Shown here one piece after another: positions 38,401-50,939 of a stretch of DNA of 64,000 nt. The DNA comes from the human T2T-CHM13v2.0 reference genome, Homo sapiens, in assembly GCF_009914755.1 (NCBI RefSeq), contig NC_060931.1, one strand, 5' to 3'. Made by a program: the position numbers and the translations under genes. Under the pieces are notes generated by a model. That model saw only the letters and a list, made by a program, of their open reading frames with translations. It did no database searches and was not told the origin of the DNA. Position 1 is the stretch's first letter; each line of letters begins with the position of its first letter.

Positions 38401-41400
38401 AAAAACTAGACAGAATCATTCTCAGAAACTACTTTGTGATGTGTGCCTTCAACTCACAGAGTTTAACCTTTCTTTTCTTAGAGCAGTTTAGAAACACTCT
38501 GCTTGTTATGTCTGCAAGTGGATATTTGGACCTCTTTGAGGCCTTCGTTGCAAACGGGGTTTCTTCCTTTCATGCTAGACTAAGAAGAGTTCTCATTAAC
38601 TTTTTTGTGTTGTGTGTATTCACCTCACAGAGTTGAACCTTGCTTTAGAGAGAGCAGATTTGAAACACTCTCGCTGTGGCATTTTCAGGTGGAGATTTCA
38701 AGCGATTTGAGGACAATTGCAGAAAAGGAAATATCTTCGTATAATAACCAGACAGAATCATTCTCAGAAAGTGCTTTGTGATGTGTGCGTTCAACTCACA
38801 GAGTTTAACCTTTCTTTTCATAGAGGAGTTTGGAAACACACTGTTTGTAAAGTCTGCAAGTGGATATATGGACCTGTTTGAGGCCTTCGTTGGAAACGGG
38901 ATTTCTTCATTGAATGCTAGACGGAAGAATTCTCAGTAAATTCTTTGTGTTGTGTGCATTCAACTCACAGAGTGGAACGTCCCTTTAGACAGAGCAGATT
39001 TGAAACACTCTTTTTGCGGAATTTGCAAGTGGAGATTTCTAGCCATTTGATGCCAACAGTAGAAAGGGAAATATCTTCAAATAAAAACCAGACAGAATCA
39101 TTCTCAGAAAATACTTTGTGATGTGTGCGTTCAACTCACATAGTTTAACCTTTCTTTTCATAGAGCAGTTTGGAAACACTCTGTTTGTAAAGTCTGCAAG
39201 TGGATATATGGACCGCATTGAGGCCTTCGTTGGAAACGGGATTTCTTCATTTCATGCTACACAGAAGAATTCTCAGTAACTTCTTTGTGCTGTGTGTATT
39301 CAACTCACAGAGTGGAACGTCCCTTTGCACAGAGCAGATTTGAAACACTCTTTTTGTGGAGTTTGCAAGTGGAGATTTCAAGCGATTTGATGCCAACAGT
39401 AGAAAAGGAAATATCTTCAAATAAAAACTAGACAGAATCATTCTCAGAAACTACTTTGTGATGTGTGCCTTCAACTCACAGAGTTTAACCTTTCTTTTCT
39501 TAGAGCAGTTTAGAAACACTCTGCTTGTTATGTCTGCAAGTGGATATTTGGACCTCTTTTAGGCCTTCGTTGCAAACGGGGTTTCTTCCTTTAATGCTAG
39601 ACTAAGAACAGTTCTCAGTAACTTTTTTGTGTTGTGTGTATTCAACTCACAGAGTTGAACCTTGCTTTAGAGAGAGCAGATTTGAAACACTCTCGCTGTG
39701 GAATTTTCAGGTGGAGATTTCAAGCGATTTGAGGACAATTGCCGAAAAGGAAATATCTTCGTATAATAACCAGACAGAATCATTCTCAGAAAGTGCTTTG
39801 TGATGTGTGCGTTCAACTCACAGAGTTTAACCTTTCTTTTCATAGAGGAGTTTGGAAACACACTGTTTGTAAAGTCTGCAATTGGATATATGGACCTGTT
39901 TGAGGCCTTCGTTGGAAACGGGATTTCTTCATTGAATGCTAGACGGAAGAATTCTCAGTAAATTCTTTGTGTTGTGTGCATTCAACTCACAGAGTGGAAC
40001 GTCCCTTTAGACAGAGCAGATTTGAAACACTCTTTTTGCGGAATTTGCAAGTGGAGATTTCTAGCCATTTGATGCCAACAGTAGAAAGGGAAATATCTTC
40101 AAATAAAAACCAGACAGAATCATTCTCAGAAAATTCTTTGTGATGTGTGCGTTCAACTCACATAGTTTAACCTTTCTTTTCATAGAGCAGTTTGGAAACA
40201 CTCTGTTTGTAAAGTCTGCAAGTGGATATATGGACCGCATTGAGGCCTTCGTTGGAAACGGGATTTCTTCATTTCATGCTAGACAGAAGAATTCTCAGTA
40301 ACTTCTTTGTGCTGTGTGTATTCAACTCACAGAGTGGAACGTCCCTTTGCACAGAGCAGATTTGAAACACTCTTTTTGTGGAGTTTGCAAGTGGAGATTT
40401 CAAGCGATTTGATGCCAACAGTAGAAAAGGAAATATCTTCAAATAAAAACTAGACAGAATCATTCTCAGAAACTACTTTGTGATGTGTGCCTTCAACTCA
40501 CAGAGTTTAACCTTTCTTTTCTTAGAGCAGTTTAGAAACACTCTGCTTGTTATGTCTGCAAGTGGATATTTGGACCTCTTTGAGGCCTTCGTTGCAAACG
40601 GGGTTTCTTCCTTTAATGCTAGACTAAGAAGAGTTCTCAGTAACTTTTTTGTGTTGTGTGTATTCAACTCACAGAGTTGAACCTTGCTTTAGAGAGAGCA
40701 GATTTGAAACACTCTTGCTGTGGCATTTTCAGGTGGAGATTTCAAGCGATTTGAGGACAATTGCAGAAAAGGAAATATCTTCGTATAATAACCAGACAGA
40801 ATCATTCTCAGAAAGTGCTTTGTGATGTGTGCGTTCAACTCACAGAGTTTAACCTTTCTTTTCATAGAGGAGCTTTGAAACACACTGTTTGTAAAGTCTG
40901 CAATTGGATATATGGACCTGTTTGAGGCCTCCGTTGGAAACGGGATTTCTTCATTGAATGCTAGACGGAAGAATTCTCAGTAAATTCTTTGTGTTGTGTG
41001 CATTCAACTCACAGAGTGGAACGTCCCTTTAGACAGAGCAGATTTGAAACACTCTTTTTGCGGAATTTGCAAGTGGAGATTTCTAGCCATTTGATGCCAA
41101 CAGTAGAAAGGGAAATATCTTCAAATAAAAACCAGACAGAATCATTCTCAGAAAATTCTTTGTGATGTGTGCGTTCAACTCACATAGTTTAACCTTTCTT
41201 TTCATAGAGCAGTTTGGAAACACTCTGTTTGTAAAGTCTGCAAGTGGATATATGGACCGCATTGAGGCCTTCGTTGGAAACGGGATTTCTTCATTTCATG
41301 CTAGACAGAAGAATTCTCAGTAACTTCTTTGTGCTGTGTGTATTCAACTCACAGAGTGGAACGTCCCTTTGCACAGAGCAGATTTGAAACACTCTTTTTG

Positions 41401-41733
41401 TGGAGTTTGCAAGTGGAGATTTCAAGCGATTTGATGCCAACAGTAGAAAAGGAAATATCTTCAAATAAAAACTAGACAGAATCATTCTCAGAAACTACTT
41501 TGTGATGTGTGCCTTCAACTCACAGAGTTTAACCTTTCTTTTCTTAGAGCAGTTTAGAAACACTCTGCTTGTTATGTCTGCAAGTGGATATTTGGACCTC
41601 TTTTAGGCCTTCGTTGCAAACGGGGTTTCTTCCTTTAATGCTAGACTAAGAACAGTTCTCAGTAACTTTTTTGTGTTGTGTGTATTCAACTCACAGAGTT
41701 GAACCTTGCTTTAGAGAGAGCAGATTTGAAACA
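29470..41733 (+). repeat. Tandem triplication, 3 x 4088 bp (4 HORs each)
   Basis: Rare variants recur at +4088 and +8176: ttttcat 29490/33578/37666, aaaaatcagacagaatcg, ctcattaac, ttcacctc, ctacacag, aattgccg, gagctttg. Boundaries are approximate (about 50-100 bp). Confidence 0.92.
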
Positions 41734-44199
41734 CTCTCGCTGTGGAATTTTCAGGTGGAGATTTCAAGCGATTTGAGGACAATTGCAGAAAAGGAAATAT
41801 CTTCGTATAATAACCAGACAGAATCATTCTCAGAAAGTGCTTTGTGATGTGTGCGTTCAACTCACAGAGTTTAACCTTTCTTTTCATAGAGGAGTTTGGA
41901 AACACACTGTTTGCAAAGTCTGCAATTGGATATATGGACCTGTTTGAGGCCTTCGTTGGAAACGGGATTTCTTCATTGAATGCTAGACGGAAGAATTCTC
42001 AGTAAATTCTTTGTGTTGTGTGCATTCAACTCACAGAGTGGAACGTCCCTTTAGACAGAGCAGATTTGAAACACTCTTTTTGCGGAATTTGCAAGTGGAG
42101 ATTTCTAGCCATTTGATGCCAACAGTAGAAAGGGAAATATCTTCAAATAAAAACCAGACAGAATCATTCTCAGAAAATTCTTTGTGATGTGTGCGTTCAA
42201 CTCACATAGTTTAACCTTTCTTTTCATAGAGCAGTTTGGAAACACTCTGTTTGTAAAGTCTGCAAGTGGATATATGGACCGCATTGAGGCCTTCGTTGGA
42301 AACGGGATTTCTTCATTTCATGCTAGACAGAAGAATTCTCAGTAACTTCTTTGTGCTGTGTGTATTCAACTCACAGAGTGGAACGTCCCTTTGCACAGAG
42401 CAGATTTGAAACACTCTTTTTGTGGAGTTTGCAAGTGGAGATTTCAAGCGATTTGATGCCAACAGTAGAAAAGGAAATATCTTCAAATAAAAACTAGACA
42501 GAATCATTCTCAGAAACTACTTTGTGATGTGTGCCTTCAACTCACAGAGTTTAACCTTTCTTTTCTTAGAGCAGTTTAGAAACACTCTGCTTGTTATGTC
42601 TGCAAGTGGATATTTGGAACTCTTTGAGGCCTTCGTTGCAAACAGGGTTTCTTCCTTTAATGCTAGACTAAGTAGAGTTCTCAGTAACTTTTTTGTGTTG
42701 TGTGTATTCAACTCACAGAGTTGAACCTTGCTTTAGAGAGAGCAGATTTGAAACACTCTTGCTGTGGCATTTTCAGGTGGAGATTTCAAGCGATTTGAGG
42801 ACAATTGCAGAAAAGGAAATATCTTCGTATAATAACCAGACAGAATCATTCTCAGAAAGTGCTTTGTGATGTGTGCGTTCAACTCACAGAGTTTAACCTT
42901 TCTTTTCATAGAGGAGTTTGGAAACACACTGTTTGTAAAGTCTGCAATTGGATATATGGACCTGTTTGAGGCCTTCGTTTGAAACGGGATTTCTTCATTG
43001 AATGCTAGACGGAAGAATTCTCAGTAAATTCTTTGTGTTGTGTGCATTCAACTCACAGAGTGGAACGTCCCTTTAGACAGAGCAGATTTGAAACACTCTT
43101 TTTGCGGAATTTGCAAGTGGAGATTTCTAGCCATTTGATGCCAACAGTAGAAAGGGAAATATCTTCAAATAAAAACCAGACAGAATCATTCTCAGAAAAT
43201 TCTTTGTGATGTGTGCGTTCAACTCACATAGTTTAACCTTTCTTTTCATAGAGCAGTTTGGAAACACTCTGTTTGTAAAGTCTGCAAGTGGATATATGGA
43301 CCGCATTGAGGCCTTCGTTGGAAACGGGATTTCTTCATTTCATGCTAGACAGAAGAATTCTCAGTAACTTCTTTGTGCTGTGTGTATTCAACTCACAGAG
43401 TGGAACGTCCCTTTACACAGAGCAGATTTGAAACACTCTTTTTGTGGAGTTTGCAAGTGGAGATTTCAAGCGATTTGATGCCAACAGTAGAAAAGGAAAT
43501 ATCTTCAAATAAAAACTAGACAGAATCATTCTCAGAAACTACTTTGTGATGTGTGCCTTTAACTCACAGAGTTTAACCTTTCTTTTCTTAGAGCAGTTTA
43601 GAAACACTCTGCTTGTTATGTCTGCAAGTGGATATTTGGACCTCTTTGAGGCCTTCGTTGCAAACGGGGTTTCTTCCTTTAATGCTAGACTAAGAAGAGT
43701 TCTCAGTAACTTTTTTGTGTTGTGTGTATTCAACTCACAGAGTTGAACCTTGCTTTAGAGAGAGCAGATTTGAAACACTCTTGCTGTGGCATTTTCAGGT
43801 GGAGATTTCAAGCGATTTGAGGACAATTGCAGAAAAGGAAATATCTTCGTATAATAACCAGACAGAATCATTCTCAGAAAGTGCTTTGTGATGTGTGCGT
43901 TCAACTCACAGAGTTTAACCTTTCTTTTCATAGAGGAGTTTGGAAACACACTGTTTGTAAAGTCTGCAATTGGATATATGGACCTGTTTGAGGCCTCCGT
44001 TGGAAACGGGATTTCTTCATTGAATGCTAGACGGAAGAATTCTCAGTAAATTCTTTGTGTTGTGTGCATTCAACTCAGAGAGTGGAACGTCCCTTTAGAC
44101 AGAGCAGATTTGAAACACTCTTTTTGCGGAATTTGCAAGTGGAGATTTCTAGCCATTTGATGCCAACAGTAGAAAGGGAAATATCTTCAAATAAAAACC

Positions 44200-47100
44200 A
44201 GACAGAATCATTCTCAGAAAATTCTTTGTGATGTGTGCGTTCAACTCACATAGTTTAACCTTTCTTTTCATAGAGCAGTTTGGAAACACTCTGTTTGTAA
44301 AGTCTGCAAGTGGATATATGGACCGCATTGAGGCCTTCGTTGGAAACGGGATTTCTTCATTTCATGCTAGACAGAAGAATTCTCAGTAACTTCTTTGTGC
44401 TGTGTGTATTCAACTCACAGAGTGGAACGTCCCTTTGCACAGAGCAGATTTGAAACACTCTTTTTGTGGAGTTTGCAAGTGGAGATTTCAAGCGATTTGA
44501 TGCCAACAGTAGAAAAGGAAATATCTTCAAATAAAAACTAGACAGAATCATTCTCAGAAACTACTTTGTGATGTGTGCCTTCAACTCACAGAGTTTAACC
44601 TTTCTTTTCTTAGAGCAGTTTAGAAACACTCTGCTTGTTATGTCTGCAAGTGGATATTTGGACCTCTTTGAGGCCTTCGTTGCAAACGGGGTTTCTTCCT
44701 TTAATGCTAGACTAAGAAGAGTTCTCAGTAACTTTTTTGTGTTGTGTGTATTCAACTCACAGAGTTGAACCTTGCTTTAGAGAGAGCAGATTTGAAACAC
44801 TCTTGCTGTGGCATTTTCAGGTGGAGATTTCAAACGATTTGAGGACAATTGCAGAAAAGGAAATATCTTCGTATAATAACCAGACAGAATCATTCTCAGA
44901 AAGTGCTTTGTGATGTGTGCGTTCAACTCACAGAGTTTAACCTTTCTTTTCATAGAGGAGTTTGGAAACACACTGTTTGTAAAGTCTGCAATTGGATATA
45001 TGGACCTGTTTGAGGCCTTCGTTGGAAACGGGATTTCTTCATTGAATGCTAGACGGAAGAATTCTCAGTAAATTCTTTGTGTTGTGTGCATTCAACTCAC
45101 AGAGTGGAACGTCCCTTTAGACAGAGCAGATTTGAAACACTCTTTTTGCGGAATTTGCAAGTGGAGATTTCTTGCCATTTGATGCCAACAGTAGAAAGGG
45201 AAATATCTTCAAATAAAAACCAGACAGAATCATTCTCAGAAAATTCTTTGTGATGTGTGCGTTCAACTCACATAGTTTAACCTTTCTTTTCATAGAGCAG
45301 TTTGGAAACACTCTGTTTGTAAAGTCTGCAAGTGGATATATGGACCGCATTGAGGCCTTCGTTGGAAACGGGATTTCTTCATTTCATGCTAGACAGAAGA
45401 ATTCTCAGTAACTTCTTTGTGCTGTGTGTATTCAACTCACAGAGTGGAACGTCCCTTTGCACAGAGCAGATTTGAAACACTCTTTTTGTGGAGTTTGCAA
45501 GTGGAGATTTCAAGCGATTTGATGCCAACAGTAGAAAAGGAAATATCTTCAAATAAAAACTAGACAGAATCATTCTCAGAAACTACTTTGTGATGTGTGC
45601 CTTCAACTCACAGAGTTTAACCTTTATTTTCTTAGAGCAGTTTAGAAACACTCTGCTTGTTATGTCTGCAAGTTGATATTTGGACCTCTTTGAGGCCTTC
45701 GTTGCAAACGGGGTTTCTTCCTTTAATGCTAGACTAAGAAGAGTTCTCAGTAACTTTTTTGTGTTGTGTGTATTCAACTCACAGAGTTGAACCTTGCTTT
45801 AGAGAGAGCAGATTTGAAACACTCTTGCTGTGGCATTTTCAGGTGGAGATTTCAAGCGATTTGAGGACAATTGCAGAAAAGGAAATATCTTCGTATAATA
45901 ACCAGACAGAATCATTCTCAGAAAGTGCTTTGTGATGTGTGCGTTCAACTCACAGAGTTTAACCTTTCTTTTCATAGAGGAGTTTGGAAACACACTGTTT
46001 GTAAAGTCTGCAATTGGGTATATGGACCTGTTTGAGGCCTTCGTTGGAAACGGGATTTCTTCATTGAATGCTAGACGGAAGAATTCTCAGTAAATTCTTT
46101 GTGTTGTGTGCATTCAACTCACAGAGTGGAACGTCCCTTTAGACAGAGCAGATTTGAAACACTCTTTTTGCGGAATTTGCAAGTGGAGATTTCTAGCCAT
46201 TTGATGCCAACAGTAGAAAGGGAAATATCTTCAAATAAAAACCAGACAGAATCATTCTCAGAAAATTCTTTGTGATGTGTGCATTCAACTCACATAGTTT
46301 AACCTTTCTTTTCATAGAGCAGTTTGGAAACACTCTGTTTGTAAAGTCTGCAAGTGGATATATGGACCGCATTGAGGCCTTCGTTGGAAACGGGATTTCT
46401 TCCTTTCATGCTAGACAGAAGAATTCTCAGTAACTTCTTTGTGCTGTGTGTATTCAACTCACAGAGTGGAACGTCCCTTTACACAGAGCAGATTTGAAAC
46501 ACTCTTTTTGTGGAGTTTGCAAGTGGAGATTTCAAGCGATTTGATGCCAACAGTAGAAAATGAAATATCTTCAAATAAAAACTAGACAGATTCATTCTCA
46601 GAAACTACTTTGTGATGTGTGCCTTCAACTCACAGAGTTTAACCTTTCTTTTCTTAGAGCAGTTTAGAAACACTCTGCTTGTTATGTCTGCAAGTGGATA
46701 TTTGAACCTCTTTGAGGCCTTCGTTGCAAACGGGGTTTCTTCCTTTAATGCTAGACTAAGAAGAGTTCTCAGTAACTTTTTTGTGTTGTGTGTATTCAAC
46801 TCACAGAGTTGAACCTTGCTTTAGAGAGAGCAGATTTGAAACACTCTCGCTGTGGAATTTTCAGGTGGAGATTTCAAGCGATTTGAGGACAATTGCAGAA
46901 AAGGAAATATCTTCGTATAATAAACAGACAGAATCATTCTCAGAAAGTGCTTTGTGATGTGTGCGTTCAACTCACAGAGTTTAACCATTCTTTTCATAGA
47001 GGAGCTTGGAAACACACTGTTTGTAAAGTCTGCAATTGGATATATGGACCTGTTTGAGGCCTCCGTTGGAAACGGGATTTCTTCATTGAATGCTAGACGG

Positions 47101-50100
47101 AAGAATTCTCAGTAAATTCTTTGTGTTGTGTGCATTGAACTCACAGAGTGGAACGTCCCTTTAGACAGAGCAGATTTGAAACACTCTTTTTGCGGAATTT
47201 GCAAGTGGAGATTTCTAGCCATTTGATGTCAACAGTAGAAAGGGAAATATCTTCAAATAAAAACCAGACAGAATCATTCTCAGAAAATTCTTTGTGATGT
47301 GTGCGTTCAACTCACATAGTTTAACCTTTCTTTTCATAGAGCAGTTTGGAAACACTCTGTTTGTAAAGTCTGCAAGTGGATATATGGACCGCATTGAGGC
47401 CTTCGTTGGAAACGGGATTTCTTCATTTCATGCTAGACAGAAGAATTCTCAGTAACTTCTTTGTGCTGTGTGTATTCAACTCACAGAGTGGAACGTCCCT
47501 TTGCACAGAGCAGATTTGAAACACTCTTTTTGTGGAGTTTGCAAGTGGAGATTTCAAGCGATTTGATGCCAACAGTAGAAAAGGAAATATCTTCAAATAA
47601 AAACTAGACAGAATCATTCTCAGAAACTACTTTGTGATGTGTGCCTTCAACTCACAGAGTTTAACCTTTCTTTTCTTAGAGCAGTTTAGAAACACTCTGC
47701 TTGTTATGTCTGCAAGTGGATATTTGGACCTCTTTGAGGCCTTCGTTGCAAACGGGGTTTCTTCCTTTAATGCTAGACTAAGAAGAGTTCTCAGTAACTT
47801 TTTTGTGTTGTGTGTATTCAACTCACAGAGTTGAACCTTGCTTTAGAGAGAGCAGATTTGAAACACTCTTGCTGTGGCATTTTCAGGTGGAGATTTCAAA
47901 CGATTTGAGGACAATTGCAGAAAAGGAAATATCTTCGTATAATAACCAGACAGAATCATTCTCAGAAAGTGCTTTGTGATGTGTGCGTTCAACTCACAGA
48001 GTTTAACCTTTCTTTTCATAGAGGAGTTTGGAAACACACTGTTTGTAAAGTCTGCAATTGGATATATGGACCTGTTTGAGGCCTTCGTTGGAAACGGGAT
48101 TTCTTCATTGAATGCTAGACGGAAGAATTCTCAGTAAATTCTTTGTGTTGTGTGCATTCAACTCACAGAGTGGAACGTCCCTTTAGACAGAGCAGATTTG
48201 AAACACTCTTTTTGCGGAATTTGCAAGTGGAGATTTCTTGCCATTTGATGCCAACAGTAGAAAGGGAAATATCTTCAAATAAAAACCAGACAGAATCATT
48301 CTCAGAAAATTCTTTGTGATGTGTGCGTTCAACTCACATAGTTTAACCTTTCTTTTCATAGAGCAGTTTGGAAACACTCTGTTTGTAAAGTCTGCAAGTG
48401 GATATATGGACCGCATTGAGGCCTTCGTTGGAAACGGGATTTCTTCATTTCATGCTAGACAGAAGAATTCTCAGTAACTTCTTTGTGCTGTGTGTATTCA
48501 ACTCACAGAGTGGAACGTCCCTTTGCACAGAGCAGATTTGAAACACTCTTTTTGTGGAGTTTGCAAGTGGAGATTTCAAGCGATTTGATGCCAACAGTAG
48601 AAAAGGAAATATCTTCAAATAAAAACTAGACAGAATCATTCTCAGAAACTACTTTGTGATGTGTGCCTTCAACTCACAGAGTTTAACCTTTCTTTTCTTA
48701 GAGCAGTTTAGAAACACTCTGCTTGTTATGTCTGCAAGTTGATATTTGGACCTCTTTGAGGCCTTCGTTGCAAACGGGGTTTCTTCCTTTAATGCTAGAC
48801 TAAGAAGAGTTCTCAGTAACTTTTTTGTGTTGTGTGTATTCAACTCACAGAGTTGAACCTTGCTTTAGAGAGAGCAGATTTGAAACACTCTTGCTGTGGC
48901 ATTTTCAGGTGGAGATTTCAAGCGATTTGAGGACAATTGCAGAAAAGGAAATATCTTCGTATAATAACCAGACAGAATCATTCTCAGAAAGTGCTTTGTG
49001 ATGTGTGCGTTCAACTCACAGAGTTTAACCTTTCTTTTCATAGAGGAGTTTGGAAACACACTGTTTGTAAAGTCTGCAATTGGATATATGGACCTGTTTG
49101 AGGCCTTCGTTGGAAACGGGATTTCTTCATTGAATGCTAGACGGAAGAATTCTCAGTAAATTCTTTGTGTTGTGTGCATTCAACTCACAGAGTGGAACGT
49201 CCCTTTAGACAGAGCAGATTTGAAACACTCTTTTTGCGGAATTTGCAAGTGGAGATTTCTAGCCATTTGATGCCAACAGTAGAAAGGGAAATATCTTCAA
49301 ATAAAAACCAGACAGAATCATTCTCAGAAAATTCTTTGTGATGTGTGCGTTCAACTCACATAGTTTAACCTTTCTTTTCATAGAGCAGTTTGGAAACACT
49401 CTGTTTGTAAAGTCTGCAAGTGGATATATGGACCGCATTGAGGCCTTCGTTGGAAACGGGATTTCTTCCTTTCATGCTAGACAGAAGAATTCTCAGTAAC
49501 TTCTTTGTGCTGTGTGTATTCAACTCACAGAGTGGAACGTCCCTTTACACAGAGCAGATTTGAAACACTCTTTTTGTGGAGTTTGCAAGTGGAGATTTCA
49601 AGCGATTTGATGCCAACAGTAGAAAATGAAATATCTTCAAATAAAAACTAGACAGAATCATTCTCAGAAACTACTTTGTGATGTGTGCCTTCAACTCACA
49701 GAGTTTAACCTTTCTTTTCTTAGAGCAGTTTAGAAACACTCTGCTTGTTATGTCTGCAAGTGGATATTTGGACCTCTTTGAGGCCTTCGTTGCAAACGGG
49801 GTTTCTTCCTTTAATGCTAGACTAAGAAGAGTTCTCAGTAACTTTTTTGTGTTGTGTGTATTCAACTCACAGAGTTGAACCTTGCTTTAGAGAGAGCAGA
49901 TTTGAAACACTCTCGCTGTGGAATTTTCAGGTGGAGATTTCAAGCGATTTGAGGACAATTGCAGAAAAGGAAATATCTTCGTATAATAAACAGACAGAAT
50001 CATTCTCAGAAAGTGCTTTGTGATGTGTGCGTTCAACTCACAGAGTTTAACCATTCTTTTCATAGAGGAGCTTGGAAACACACTGTTTGTAAAGTCTGCA

Positions 50101-50400
50101 ATTGGATATATGGACCTGTTTGAGGCCTCCGTTGGAAACGGGATTTCTTCATTGAATGCTAGACGGAAGAATTCTCAGTAAATTCTTTGTGTTGTGTGCA
50201 TTGAACTCACAGAGTGGAACGTCCCTTTAGACAGAGCAGATTTGAAACACTCTTTTTGCGGAATTTGCAAGTGGAGATTTCTAGCCATTTGATGTCAACA
50301 GTAGAAAGGGAAATATCTTCAAATAAAAACCAGACAGAATCATTCTCAGAAAATTCTTTGTGATGTGTGCGTTCAACTCACATAGTTTAACCTTTCTTTT
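44200..50400 (+). repeat. Tandem duplication, 2 x 3066 bp (3 HORs each)
   Basis: caaacgatt 44834/47900, cttgccatt 45173/48239, gatgtcaac 47229/50295; ORF variants 45117/48183 and 46821/49887 match. Confidence 0.88.
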
Positions 50401-50939
50401 CATAGAGCAGTTTGGAAACACTCTGTTTGTAAAGTCTGCAAGTGGATATATGGACCGCATTGAGGCCTTCATTGGAAACGGGATTTCTTCATTTCATGTT
50501 AGACAGAAGAATTCTCAGTAACTTCTTTGTGCTGTGTGTATTCAACTCACAGAGTGGAACGTCCCTTTACACAGAGCAGATTTGAAACACTCTTTTTGTG
50601 GAGTTTGCAAGTGGAGATTTCAAGCGATTTGATGCCAACAGTAGAAAAGGAAATATCTTCAAATAAAAACTAGACAGAATCATTCTCAGAAACTACTTTG
50701 TGATGTGTGCCTTCAACTCACAGAGTTTAACCTTTCTTTTCTTAGAGCAGTTTAGAAACACTCTGCTTGTTATGTCTGCAAGTGGATATTTGGACCTCTT
50801 TGAGGCCTTCGTTGCAAACGGGGTTTCTTCCTTTCATGCTAGACTAAGAAGAGTTCTCAGTAACTTTTTTGTGTTGTGTGTATTCAACTCACAGAGTTGA
50901 ACCTTGCTTTAGAGAGAGCAGATTTGAAACACTCTCGCT

